From contig JADGNY010000011.1 in NCBI GenBank assembly GCA_017883235.1, positions 20 through 64,019 on the forward strand: DNA of 64,000 nt, in the 5' to 3' direction. The notes under the pieces are model-generated. The model did not search any database and was not told the DNA's origin. It saw only the letters and a list, made by a program, of their open reading frames with translations. The stretch comes from Thermoanaerobaculia bacterium. Its GTDB lineage: Bacteria; Acidobacteriota; Thermoanaerobaculia; Gp7-AA8. Position numbers and translations under genes: made by a program. This document shows positions 44,873-54,403 of the stretch, piece after piece. Position 1 is the first letter of the stretch; the number at the start of each line of letters is the position of its first letter.

Positions 44873-46057
44873 TCAGCCGGCTGCCCGATACAGAAGAAAC
44901 TCTTCGCGCGCGTCGGTGAAGCCGTGCAGCGGCTCCTTCCACTCACGAACCCATTCGTCGATATTGCCGCCGCTCTCGACCAGCTCGCGATACCGCGCGC
45001 TGCCGGCCAGGAGATCGATGGCCAGCCGGTCGGAGACGAACTCGTAGGTCTCGCGGCGCCAGTCGAACTTCTCGGGGTTCATGTCGCGGGCGACTTTCAC
45101 GATCCAGAGTCCCGTCCGGTACGGCTCGAACGCGCCGCGATTCGTCACGTGCAGCTCGGCGCCGCCGCAGACCTTGCCGGCGTGTTTCTGGAACGTCGGC
45201 AGGAAGTAGTGAGGGCGGAAGCGGATGCCCGGCAGTCCCAGCCCATTCAGCCGCTCGGCCAGGCGGAACGGATCGAGCCATGGAGCGCCGAACAGCTCGA
45301 ACGGATGCGTCGTGCCACGACCCTCGCTCAGGTTCGTTCCCTCGATCAGGCACATGCCGGGATAGACCGCCGCCGTGGAGACCGTCGGCATGTTCGGCGA
45401 CGGAAGCACCCAGGGCAGCCCGGTGTCTTCCCACCACATCGCGCGTTGCCATCCGCGCATCGGCACGACCAGGAGATCGCAGTTGAGCTGAAACGTTTTG
45501 TTGAAGTAGCGGGCCAGCTCGCCTGCCGTCATCCCGTGCCGCGCCGGCAGCGGATACATGCCGACAAAGCTCGAGAACTGCTCCTCCCGGATGTTGCCTT
45601 CGAGATGGACGCCGTCGATCGGATTGGGGCGGTCGAGCACGATCACCTGTGCCTCTGCCTTTGCCGCCTCGCGCATGCAGAGCGCCATCGTGTAGATGAA
45701 GGTGTAGTAGCGGGAGCCGATGTCCTGCAGATCGATGACCAGGGCGTCGAGATTGCGCAGGAGCTCCTGCCGGGGAGCGAGATCGTTCTCGCTGGCGCCG
45801 TAGAGCGAGTAGACGGTCAGTCCGGTCATCGGATCGACGGAGTGATCGACGTGGGCCATGTCCTGCGCCTCGCCCCAGATGCCGTGCTCCGGGCCGAAGA
45901 GGGTGGTCAGCGTCCATCCGTGCCCGCGGTGCAGCAGATCGACCGAGTGGCGCAGGTCGCTCGTCACTCCGCTCTGGTTGGTGACGAGGCCGATGTTCCT
46001 GCCGGCGATGGGACGAGGATCGTCGAGGAGTACCTCGAGTCCTGTTTGGACGGTCAT
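44873..46057 (-). CDS. DUF1343 family protein (NamZ-like exo-beta-N-acetylmuramidase)
   Basis: IGLVTNQSGV, LFGPEHG, VIDLQDIGSRYYTFIYT, VLDRPNP. The ATG at 46057 overlaps the mogA stop (ATGA). Confidence 0.7.
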   Translation of the reverse strand: MTVQTGLEVLLDDPRPIAGRNIGLVTNQSGVTSDLRHSVDLLHRGHGWTLTTLFGPEHGIWGEAQDMAHVDHSVDPMTGLTVYSLYGASENDLAPRQELLRNLDALVIDLQDIGSRYYTFIYTMALCMREAAKAEAQVIVLDRPNPIDGVHLEGNIREEQFSSFVGMYPLPARHGMTAGELARYFNKTFQLNCDLLVVPMRGWQRAMWWEDTGLPWVLPSPNMPTVSTAAVYPGMCLIEGTNLSEGRGTTHPFELFGAPWLDPFRLAERLNGLGLPGIRFRPHYFLPTFQKHAGKVCGGAELHVTNRGAFEPYRTGLWIVKVARDMNPEKFDWRRETYEFVSDRLAIDLLAGSARYRELVESGGNIDEWVREWKEPLHGFTDAREEFLLYRAAG

Positions 46058-46533
46058 GAATGTTCTGTCTTCCCTTCGAGGAGTTGCAGCGCATGCGGGA
46101 TGAGGTGCAGAACCGCCTGCAGATTCTCCCGCGCGCCGCTCTCGCTCCCCGGCAGATTCACGATGAGTGCCGTCCCGCGTGTCGCTGCCTGCGCGCGCGA
46201 CAGCGGCGCCATGGCCGTTTTCTGCAGCGATGCCGCGCGCATGATCTCCCCGAATCCCGGAATGACTTTCTCGCACACCTGCAACGTCGCCTCGGGAGTG
46301 ACATCGCGCGCCGCGATCCCCGTCCCTCCGGTGGTCACGATGAGCCGCACCCCGTCGCCGGCAGCCGTTTCGATGGCGTTCGCAATGTCGTCGATGTCAT
46401 CAGGCACTATCAATACGGCATCGACGCTGTAACCGTTGGCCTCCAGGATCTCCCGCACCGCCGGTCCGGAGCGATCGACGCGTTCCCCGCGGGACGAGGC
46501 GTCGGAGCAGGTGATGACGCGGGCTGTCGGCAT
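46054..46533 (-). CDS. mogA: Molybdenum cofactor biosynthesis protein MogA/MoaB
   Basis: VITCSDASSRGERVDRSGP, LIVTTGGTGIAARDVTPEA, NLPGSE. Confidence 0.88.
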   Translation of the reverse strand: MPTARVITCSDASSRGERVDRSGPAVREILEANGYSVDAVLIVPDDIDDIANAIETAAGDGVRLIVTTGGTGIAARDVTPEATLQVCEKVIPGFGEIMRAASLQKTAMAPLSRAQAATRGTALIVNLPGSESGARENLQAVLHLIPHALQLLEGKTEHS

Positions 46534-46584
46534 CGCGCGATTCTATGCGCGCCCGCGCCGATAGACGTCTTTGCGGTGGCGACG

Positions 46585-46899
46585 CTATATGCGGCCACGA
46601 CGCTTCATATCGTCAGCAAATGTCTCGAAACCAACCGTTGGGTCGTTGCGCCGCTGCTCAAAGATGGCGTGGTCCGCCTCATCCTCGGCAAGGAAGTCCT
46701 CGAGAGGAATGTTCGGCTCAGCACGGCGCCGCTCGAGGTCAGCCAGATCTTCGGCCTCCTCTTCGTAGTCCGCGAGAGACTGCCTGACGACCTCATTGAC
46801 AATGTCCGAGATCGAAGTATTTGCCGCGGTAGCTCTCTCCAACAGCGCATGGTGGAGCGCTGGATCAAAGTAGATTGTCTCGCTCTTGGTCGCAGACAT
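46585..46899 (-). CDS. Ribbon-helix-helix antitoxin-like protein, orphan
   Basis: KSETIYFDPALHHALLERATAANTSISDIVNEVVRQSL is an RHH N-terminus, followed by an acidic tail. There is no partner toxin ORF within 50 nt on either side. Confidence 0.55.
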   Translation of the reverse strand: MSATKSETIYFDPALHHALLERATAANTSISDIVNEVVRQSLADYEEEAEDLADLERRRAEPNIPLEDFLAEDEADHAIFEQRRNDPTVGFETFADDMKRRGRI

Positions 46900-46937
46900 G
46901 ATGGCATTCTAGTGTTTTCACCTTTCTAACGACTTCC

Positions 46938-48119
46938 ATGCGCCGTACCGACTTCTCCTACCACCTCCCGCCCGACCTCATCGCCCAGGAGCCGCGCGAG
47001 CGCGGGCGGTCGCGGATGATGGTGGTCAGCCAGCACGCCATCGAGCACGACTCGTTCGCCAACTTTCCGGAGCGGCTGGCGCCGGGGGATGTGTTGGTCA
47101 TCAACGACACCCGTGTCATTCCGGCGCGGCTCTTCGCGAAGCCAAAGACGGGGATGTCGCGGCCGATCGAGATCCTGCTCACTCGCCGGGTCGCACAGAC
47201 AAGAGTGTCTGTGCCACATACATCAGAGGTTGCAATTCTGAGACGGTCTCAGCCACGGGAAGCCGGCCCTGTGGCTCAGCCCCCCGAACGTTCGGGAGTG
47301 TCTGAGCCACAGGCGAAACACAATGTGGCACAGACACTCTTGTCTGTGCCGGAGGTTTGGGAGGCCTGGTGCAAGCCCGCCAAGCGCGTGAAGATCGGCG
47401 ACGAGCTGATTTTCAGCGACAGCCTCCGCGCGAACGTCATCGGGAAAGACGGAGGCACCGTCGTTCTGACATTCGAAGGGGACACGGAAGAAATCGAGCG
47501 CATCGGTATCCCGCCTCTTCCGCCGTACATCGCCCGCGAGACGCCGCGCGACTCCGACCGCGAGGCGTACCAGACGGTCTATGCCGCCGAGCGTGGTGCG
47601 ATCGCCGCGCCGACGGCGGGACTGCACTTCACGCCGGAGATTCTCGATCGGATCGAAACGCGGGGAATCGAGGTCGTGCGGATCACGCTGCACGTCGGTA
47701 TCGGCACATTCAAGCCGGTAAAGGTCGACGACATCGCCGATCACGTCATGGATTCGGAGCAATACGAGATCAGCGCCGGCTCCGCGTCGCGCCTCAATCG
47801 CGCGCTCGATGAACGTCGCCCCATCGTCGCCGTCGGTACGACCTCGGTGCGCACGCTGGAGAGCGCGATCCGCGCGGGTGAGGGGCGCTTCGTCGCCGGC
47901 CGCGCCGAAACGTCGATCTTCATCACCCCCGGTTTCGACTTTCGCGCAGTTGACAGGATGTTGACCAACTTCCACCTGCCGGAGTCGACACTGCTGATGC
48001 TAGTCTCCGCGTTCGCGGGGATCGAGACCATCCGGCGCGCGTACGCCGAGGCAATCTCACGCCGGTACTCTTTCTACAGCTACGGCGACTGCATGTTCCT
48101 CAATGAAAGGATCCGATGA
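46938..48119 (+). CDS. queA: S-adenosylmethionine:tRNA ribosyltransferase-isomerase, carrying a ~52-aa palindromic-element insertion
   Basis: FSYHLPPDLIAQEP, LVINDTRVIPARL, PLPPYI, AAPTAGLHFT, VGTTSVRTLES, HLPESTLLMLVSAF. Confidence 0.92.
   Translation: MRRTDFSYHLPPDLIAQEPRERGRSRMMVVSQHAIEHDSFANFPERLAPGDVLVINDTRVIPARLFAKPKTGMSRPIEILLTRRVAQTRVSVPHTSEVAILRRSQPREAGPVAQPPERSGVSEPQAKHNVAQTLLSVPEVWEAWCKPAKRVKIGDELIFSDSLRANVIGKDGGTVVLTFEGDTEEIERIGIPPLPPYIARETPRDSDREAYQTVYAAERGAIAAPTAGLHFTPEILDRIETRGIEVVRITLHVGIGTFKPVKVDDIADHVMDSEQYEISAGSASRLNRALDERRPIVAVGTTSVRTLESAIRAGEGRFVAGRAETSIFITPGFDFRAVDRMLTNFHLPESTLLMLVSAFAGIETIRRAYAEAISRRYSFYSYGDCMFLNERIR
47193..47349. repeat. ~157-bp nested palindromic (MITE-like) element in frame inside queA
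   Basis: The outer arms are GCACAGACAAGAGTGTCTGTGCCACA and TGTGGCACAGACACTCTTGTCTGTGC. The inner arms are CTGAGACGGTCTCAGCCACGG and CTGTGGCTCAG..GTCTGAGCCACAGG. It encodes AQTRVSVPHTS...NVAQTLLSVP between conserved QueA blocks. Confidence 0.85.
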
Positions 48120-51100
48120 AACGCATTCTCATCGTTCTGCTTGCCTCACTCTTCGTTGTCTCCGCCGTCCCGGCGCAGACGCCGCCTCCTCCCGCCGACA
48201 AGAAGGCGGAGACAAAGGAACCGGATAAGGCCGAGAAGAAGGACGAGAAGAAAGAAGAGAAGAAGTGGGACGTCGACAATCCGCCCGGCCCGCACTACGA
48301 CGTTCCCATCGATGTGACCGAGGGGACGTGGCTGTCGCTCGACGTCAGCCCGGATGGTAACGAGATCGCCTTCGATCTCCTCGGCGACATCTACACGATC
48401 CCCTTGACTGGCCCGACGCCCGGCGGTGAGGCCAAGTCGCTCACCAGCGGCGTTGCCTGGGACATGCAGCCTCGCTACTCGCCGAACGGCAAGTGGATCG
48501 CCTTTACCAGCGACCGCGCCGGCGGCGACAACATCTGGATCATGAACCGCGACGGCTCGAAGCCGCAGCAGGTGACGAAGGAAACCTTCCGCCTGCTCAA
48601 CGAGCCGTATTGGTCGCCGGACTCGGAGTACCTCGTCGCCCGCAAGCACTTCACCGCCGAGCGTTCTCTCGGCGCCGGCGAGATCTGGCTCTACCACCGC
48701 AGCGGCGGCGAAGGGTTGCAGCTCACGAAGAAACGCACCGAGCAGAAAGACACCGGCGAGCCGGCGCTCTCGCCCGACGGCCGCTACGTCTACTACAGCG
48801 ACGACTCCACGCCGGGCGCGATCTTCGCCTACAACAAAGACCCGAACGGACAGATCTTCATCATCCAGCGTCTCGACCGCCAGACCGGCGAGATCGAGCC
48901 GTTCGTCACCGGACCAGGCGGATCGGTGCGGCCAACGCCGTCTCCCGACGGTAAGTCGCTCGCGTTCATCCGGCGTGTCCGCTACAAGTCGACGCTCTAC
49001 GTCCTCGATCTCGAGTCGGGTAAAGAGACGCCGATCACCGACATCCTCGATCGCGACATGCAGGAGACGTGGTCGATTCACGGCCTCTATCCGTCGATGG
49101 CCTGGACGCCGGACAACAAGTCGATCGTCTTCTGGGCCGGCGGCCACATCAGCCGCATCGATGTCGCCACCAAAGCAGTGACGCCGATCCCCTTCCACGT
49201 TCACTCCTCGCGCCGCATCGAAGAGGCACTTCGTTTTCCCGTCGAGGTCGTGCCCGCGACCTATCCGGTGAAGATGCTGCGTTGGGCCTCGGTCTCGCCG
49301 AATGGTAGACAGGTCGTCTACGGTGCGCTCGGCTACCTCTACATCCGCGATCTTCCTGTCGGAACGCCGCACCGGCTGACGAAACAGACCGATCACTTCG
49401 AGTGGTATCCGGCCTGGTCGCGCGACGGAAAATCGATCGTCTACACCACCTGGAACGATCAGACCCTCGGCACGATCCGGATCGCGCCGGCCACCGGAGG
49501 CGAAGGGCGCGTCATCACCGACAAGCCCGGCCACTACCTCGAGCCGGCGTTTTCTCCCGACGGCACGAAGGTGGTCTACCGCACGGCCAGCGACGGCGAG
49601 CTGCGGTCGGCGCTCTGGTCGCGCGAGACCGGCATTTATGTCGTTCCCGCCGCGGGCGGGAAATCAACCCGGATCACGAAGAAAGGGGCCTCGCCGCAGT
49701 TCGGTGCGTCGAACGACCGCGTCTTCTTCATGACCTTCGAGGATGAGGATAAGCGCGGCCTCCATTCCATCGGCATCGATCGAACCGACGAGCGCGCGCA
49801 TCTGCTCTCCGCGTTCGCGACGGAGTACGCTCTCTCGCCCGACGAGAAGTGGGTGGCCTTCCGCGAGAAGTTCAACGCCTACATCGCGCCGTTCGTCCGC
49901 ACCGGCAAGACCATCGACATCGGACCGGACACGAAGTCGATTCCGGTGGCGAAGGTCACGAAGGAAGCTGGCGAGTATCTGCACTGGGCCGGCGATGGCT
50001 CGCGGCTCTACTGGTCGCTCGGTCCGGAACTCTTCTCGCGCGATCTGAAGGACTCCTTCGCCTTCATCGCCGGCGCGCCGGAGAAACTGCCCGACGCTCC
50101 CGCCACCGGAACGAACATCGGATTCACACAGCCTGCCGACGTCCCCAGCGGCCGCCTGGCGCTGACCGGGGCACGGATCATCACCATGCACAGCGATGAG
50201 GTCATCGCCGACGGCACGGTGGTCATCGACCGCAACCGCATCACCGCGGTCGGTCCGCGCGCGAGCACTGCCGTCCCCGCCGGCGCGAAGGTCATCGACG
50301 TGGCCGGCAAGACCATCATGCCCGGCATCGTCGACGTGCATTGGCACGGCCCGATGGGAGCGGACGAGATCATCCCGCAGCAGAGCTGGGTCAACTACGC
50401 GGCGCTCGCCTTCGGCGTGACCACGCTTCACGATCCCTCGAACAACTCCTCGGAAATTTTCACTGCCGCGGAGATGCAGCGCGCCGGCGAGATCGTCGGG
50501 CCGCACATCTTCTCCACCGGCACGATCCTCTACGGCGCCAAGGCGCCGGTCAAAGCCGACATCGCCAATCTCGACGACGCGCTCTTCCATCTCCGGCGCA
50601 TGAAAGCGATCGGCGCGATCAGCGTGAAGAGCTACAACCAGCCGCGCCGGGATCAGCGGCAGCAGGTCATCGAAGCAGCCCGCCAGACCGGCATGATGGT
50701 CGTCCCCGAGGGGGGCTCGCTGTTCGAGCACAACATGACCATGGTCGTCGACGGGCATACCGGCGTCGAGCACTCCATCCCGGTGGCCAAGGCGTACGAC
50801 GACGTGGTACAGCTCTGGTCGAAATCGCACAGCGGCTACACCCCGACGCTGATCGTCGGCTACGGCGGTCTGTGGGGCGAGAACTACTGGTACGCGAAGA
50901 CGAACGTCTGGGAAGACAAGCGCCTGCTGAACTTCGTGCCGCGGCGCATCATCGACTCGCGTTCGCGGCGCCGCACGCTGGCACCGGATGATGAGTGGAA
51001 CCACTTCAGCAATGCCGCACTGGCCAGGAAGCTCAACGACGCCGGCGTCTCCGTCCAGCTCGGCGCGCACGGCCAGCGCGAAGGTCTCGGCGCGCACTGG

Positions 51101-51433
51101 GAGCTCTGGATGTTCGTGCAGGGCGGCATGACCCCGCTGCAGGCCATCCGCGCCGCCACGCTCAGCGGCGCGCACTACATCGGCATGGACAAGGACATCG
51201 GCTCTCTCGAGCCGGGGAAGATCGCCGATCTGCTCGTGCTGGATGCGAACCCGCTCGACAACATCCGCAACTCCGAGTCGATCCGCTACACCATCGCCAA
51301 CGGCCGCATCTTCGATGCCATGACCATGAACGAGATCGGTAACCACCCCCGCAACCGCCAGCCGTTTCACTTCGAGCTGCCGGGGGGCGAGGCGGCGGGA
51401 AGTGCGGCGGCGACGACAGACGACGATGATTAG
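48116..51433 (+). CDS. Secreted TolB-like beta-propeller (PD40 repeats) / metal-dependent amidohydrolase fusion
   Basis: Signal peptide and Lys/Glu-rich linker. Repeated SPDG/SPNG-K..AF motifs. The C-terminal amidohydrolase part has PGIVDVHWH and GVEHS. Confidence 0.8.
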   Translation: MKRILIVLLASLFVVSAVPAQTPPPPADKKAETKEPDKAEKKDEKKEEKKWDVDNPPGPHYDVPIDVTEGTWLSLDVSPDGNEIAFDLLGDIYTIPLTGPTPGGEAKSLTSGVAWDMQPRYSPNGKWIAFTSDRAGGDNIWIMNRDGSKPQQVTKETFRLLNEPYWSPDSEYLVARKHFTAERSLGAGEIWLYHRSGGEGLQLTKKRTEQKDTGEPALSPDGRYVYYSDDSTPGAIFAYNKDPNGQIFIIQRLDRQTGEIEPFVTGPGGSVRPTPSPDGKSLAFIRRVRYKSTLYVLDLESGKETPITDILDRDMQETWSIHGLYPSMAWTPDNKSIVFWAGGHISRIDVATKAVTPIPFHVHSSRRIEEALRFPVEVVPATYPVKMLRWASVSPNGRQVVYGALGYLYIRDLPVGTPHRLTKQTDHFEWYPAWSRDGKSIVYTTWNDQTLGTIRIAPATGGEGRVITDKPGHYLEPAFSPDGTKVVYRTASDGELRSALWSRETGIYVVPAAGGKSTRITKKGASPQFGASNDRVFFMTFEDEDKRGLHSIGIDRTDERAHLLSAFATEYALSPDEKWVAFREKFNAYIAPFVRTGKTIDIGPDTKSIPVAKVTKEAGEYLHWAGDGSRLYWSLGPELFSRDLKDSFAFIAGAPEKLPDAPATGTNIGFTQPADVPSGRLALTGARIITMHSDEVIADGTVVIDRNRITAVGPRASTAVPAGAKVIDVAGKTIMPGIVDVHWHGPMGADEIIPQQSWVNYAALAFGVTTLHDPSNNSSEIFTAAEMQRAGEIVGPHIFSTGTILYGAKAPVKADIANLDDALFHLRRMKAIGAISVKSYNQPRRDQRQQVIEAARQTGMMVVPEGGSLFEHNMTMVVDGHTGVEHSIPVAKAYDDVVQLWSKSHSGYTPTLIVGYGGLWGENYWYAKTNVWEDKRLLNFVPRRIIDSRSRRRTLAPDDEWNHFSNAALARKLNDAGVSVQLGAHGQREGLGAHWELWMFVQGGMTPLQAIRAATLSGAHYIGMDKDIGSLEPGKIADLLVLDANPLDNIRNSESIRYTIANGRIFDAMTMNEIGNHPRNRQPFHFELPGGEAAGSAAATTDDDD

Positions 51434-51450
51434 CTGCGCGTTGTCGGTTT

Positions 51451-51758
51451 CATCCTGACGCGGAGCGTAGCGACGCTGTCAGGATCTCCGGTCAGACCGC
51501 TCGGCAGTTGCCCATCGGCAAGGTCTGCGCGAGTCGGTTTCATCCTGACGTGGAGCGTAGCGACGCTGTCAGGATCTCCGGTCAGACCGCTCGGTAGCTG
51601 CCCATGGGCAAGGTCTGCGCGAGTCGGTTTCATCCTGACGCGGAGCGTAGCGACGCTGTCAGGATCTCCGGTCAGACCGCTCGGTAGCTGCCCATCGGCA
51701 AGGTCTGCGCGGTCGCACCGGAGATCCTGACAGTGTCGCTTCGCTCCACGTCAGGATG
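51451..51758. repeat. TCCTGACG-family cluster (copy D): three direct ~96-nt units plus a closing inverted arm
   Basis: GTCGGTTTCATCCTGACG(C/T)GGAGCGTAGCGACGCTGTCAGGATCTCCGGTCAGACCGCTCGG.AG.TGCCCAT.GGCAAGGTCTGCGCGA occurs three times, followed by GTCGCACCGGAGATCCTGACAGTGTCGCTTCGCTCCACGTCAGGATG. Confidence 0.85.
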
Positions 51759-51765
51759 AAACCAG

Positions 51766-52077
51766 TCACCAATATCCGGTAGTCACCTCTACCGGTCCGG
51801 TTACGACGGCCTGACAGGCCAGCCGTTCATCCGGGGCAAAACCGCGCTGACCGGCCACCCGCATCTCGATCATCGTCGGCGGGCTGAGGTTTTCCGCTCC
51901 CGCGAGCACGAGAACCCGGCACCGCCCGCACACCCCGATGCTGCCGCACGAGTTGCCGATCGGGGCACCGGCGCGGCGGGCGGTATCCAGCACGGTTTCG
52001 TTCGGTCTGGCCTCGGCGGCGGTGCCGAGGGGGGTGAATTTCACGAGCACGTGCCGATTCTCGCATCGTCCGTTCAC
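51766..52077 (-). CDS. 2Fe-2S ferredoxin (plant-type fold)
   Basis: NSCGSIGVCGRCRV ... LACQ cysteine pattern, 103 aa. Confidence 0.75.
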   Translation of the reverse strand: MNGRCENRHVLVKFTPLGTAAEARPNETVLDTARRAGAPIGNSCGSIGVCGRCRVLVLAGAENLSPPTMIEMRVAGQRGFAPDERLACQAVVTGPVEVTTGYW

Positions 52078-52151
52078 AAAGAATTCGCTTCGGTCGTAGA
52101 AACTTTCGGCGGTCGGGGGCGTCTATATATGCAAGACAATCGGAGGACTCA

Positions 52152-52484
52152 ATGAGCAGCGCGATCAAGACGACGGACGAGACGAGACTGGCGGAGGAAA
52201 TCGTGGGAACACTCGATGCGGATGCGGTACGGGTCTGCTCGGACGACCGCGACTCGATTCGGTTCGCCATCCGTTCCGCCGGCATGAAGCTGCGCTCGAT
52301 CGTCTTCCGCCGCCTGGCCCTGCGCCGCCTGCTGAGCGATCCGGCCGGCCCGGTGAAGATCGAGTATCTCCAACGCGAGCTCCGCCGCGCGGCAGGTCAA
52401 CGGGTTGAATTCGCCTATCCGCGGAAGAGCATCGTCCGCAAGGATCTGCCGTCCTCACTGGCGCCGCTCGCGCAGGCGCGGTAA
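52152..52484 (+). CDS. Hypothetical protein
   Basis: 110-aa ORF with non-repetitive composition and no recognisable motif. Confidence 0.4.
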   Translation: MSSAIKTTDETRLAEEIVGTLDADAVRVCSDDRDSIRFAIRSAGMKLRSIVFRRLALRRLLSDPAGPVKIEYLQRELRRAAGQRVEFAYPRKSIVRKDLPSSLAPLAQAR

Positions 52485-52602
52485 GTGTCTACTGAAGGAT
52501 CTCCAATGGCAGCGCCTGTGGCACGTGCAGCGAATCTTGACAGACGATCGAATCGTCAGTAGCACTGTGGATTCGCCTGCGAAACGGGAGTAACATGGCG
52601 GT

Positions 52603-53076
52603 ATGTCCGCCGATCTGGATGCTCTTGACCTCAAGATCCTGACCCATCTTCTCCGCGACGGCCGGGCTCCGGCGCAGCAGGTTGCCGATAGCGTCGGCCT
52701 CTCCCGTCCCGCCGTGGCCGACCGTATCGCCCGACTGGAGCGTGACGGTGTCATCCGCGGACATACGGTCGTCGTCGAACCGAAAGCGATCGGGCGAGAC
52801 GTCACCGCCTTCATCGCCGCGCGCGTCCAGAGCCAGCTCGATGCCAGGCAGAAGAAGGCTTTCGATGCGCTGCTGAAGAGCGACGAGGTCGTCGAGGCTC
52901 ACACGGTCGCCGGCGACGATTGCTTCTTCATCAAAGTCCGCACGGACTCGATTCAATCGCTGAACGATCTCGTCTCGAAGCTGACCGCGCCGCCGCTGTC
53001 GCTCGCCACCCGCACCACCATCGTTATGAAGACGCACTGCGAGAAAGTCGGGGGTATCACCCTCGGAGACAAATGA
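52603..53076 (+). CDS. Lrp/AsnC-family transcriptional regulator
   Basis: LDLKILTHLLRDGRAPAQQVADSVGLSRPAVADRIARLERDGVI HTH plus a C-terminal RAM/AsnC_trans_reg domain. Confidence 0.88.
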   Translation: MSADLDALDLKILTHLLRDGRAPAQQVADSVGLSRPAVADRIARLERDGVIRGHTVVVEPKAIGRDVTAFIAARVQSQLDARQKKAFDALLKSDEVVEAHTVAGDDCFFIKVRTDSIQSLNDLVSKLTAPPLSLATRTTIVMKTHCEKVGGITLGDK

Positions 53077-54011
53077 AACACGATCGCGCCCTCGCCTACG
53101 CCGCCTTCGCCGTCGTCTGCATCGTCTGGGGGACGACGTATCTCGCCATCCGCATCGCCGTGACGACGATGACGCCGTTCCTCCTGACCGGCGCACGCTT
53201 CCTCTTTGGCGGCATCGTTCTTTTCATCGTTGCCAGGCTCCACGGCGACACCATCCCGCGCGACCGCCGCGTTCTCGGCAACGTCACTCTCTGCGGCGTG
53301 CTGATGGTGGCGATCGGAAACCTAAGCGTGGTCTGGGCCGAGCAATGGGTGCCGAGCGGGTTTGCCGCGCTCTTCGTCGGAACGGCCCCTTTCTGGGTCA
53401 CCTTGATCGAGCTGTTGCGGCGCTCGGGCGAACGCCTGGAGCTACGCCGCGGCATCGGGATGCTGATCGGCTTCCTCGGCGTGGCTCTGCTCGTCACACC
53501 GCGCGGCGCCGGCAGCGCTTTCGATACCCGCTTCGTCTTCGGCGCGATCGCCATCCAGTTCGGCTGCATCGCCTGGCAGTACGGCACCGTGCGCGGCAAG
53601 TACTACCTCAGCAGCGTTCCGCCGCTGATGTCCTCCGCGTTGCAGATGCTGACGGGCGGCATCGTCGTTACGCTCGCCGGAGCCGGTCTCGGCGAGCTGC
53701 CGCATTTCCACTCCACACCGCGCACGTTCGCCGCGCTGGCCTACCTCTCGCTCTTCGGCTCCGTGCTCGCCTATACCGCGTACGTCTACGCGGCGCGCCA
53801 CCTGCGAACGACGACTTTGTCACTCTACGCCTACGTGAATCCGGTGGTGGCCGTGATCCTCGGATGGCTCGTGCTGCACGAGCAACTGACGTGGGTGTCG
53901 GTCACGGCGATGGCCGTGATCCTCGGCGGCGTGGCGATGGTCCAGAGCGGGCGGGGCGCGACGAAGAAAGTAACGGTTTCGCGCGATGTGCCGGTGGAGA
54001 AGGCGGCGTAG
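53073..54011 (+). CDS. EamA/DMT-family transporter
   Basis: The ATG overlaps the lrp stop (ATGA). Ten TM helices. VVCIVWGTTYLAIRIAV and a duplicated EamA pattern. Confidence 0.85.
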   Translation: MKHDRALAYAAFAVVCIVWGTTYLAIRIAVTTMTPFLLTGARFLFGGIVLFIVARLHGDTIPRDRRVLGNVTLCGVLMVAIGNLSVVWAEQWVPSGFAALFVGTAPFWVTLIELLRRSGERLELRRGIGMLIGFLGVALLVTPRGAGSAFDTRFVFGAIAIQFGCIAWQYGTVRGKYYLSSVPPLMSSALQMLTGGIVVTLAGAGLGELPHFHSTPRTFAALAYLSLFGSVLAYTAYVYAARHLRTTTLSLYAYVNPVVAVILGWLVLHEQLTWVSVTAMAVILGGVAMVQSGRGATKKVTVSRDVPVEKAA

Positions 54012-54019
54012 GAATTTCG

Positions 54020-54403
54020 CTAATCGTGAAGGAGGACTTCGAGGAAGCGGCCGGCCGGTGCGGCATGATCCTCGATTGCGGAAAAAAGGTCCCGTGCTCC
54101 GTCCAGAAACGGAGGTCGATACGCAGGTTGACCGCTCGCATCCAGAAACTCGATGACGAATTGATCGCTTGGTCGACCGGAGAGCAATGCACTTAGAGTA
54201 GACGAAGACGTATGCGTGTGAAATGCCCTGATCCGCTGGCCACGAAACGTCGTCTCGAATGCTTTGTCTATCCGAATTGTGTCCGGCTCGACCTGAGTCG
54301 GTGGAATGCTCTCCCACCGAATCTCGCCTTCCTGCGTCTTCCGTGTGAGACGAGCCAGCGCTTCAACCCATTTTTCCAAGTCAGTCATAGTCGTCGATCC
54401 CAT
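54020..54403 (-). CDS. Hypothetical protein (low-GC cassette, gene 2)
   Basis: 127-aa ORF that overlaps the upstream gene by 19 nt. No motif recognised. Confidence 0.45.
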   Translation of the reverse strand: MGSTTMTDLEKWVEALARLTRKTQEGEIRWESIPPTQVEPDTIRIDKAFETTFRGQRIRAFHTHTSSSTLSALLSGRPSDQFVIEFLDASGQPAYRPPFLDGARDLFSAIEDHAAPAGRFLEVLLHD

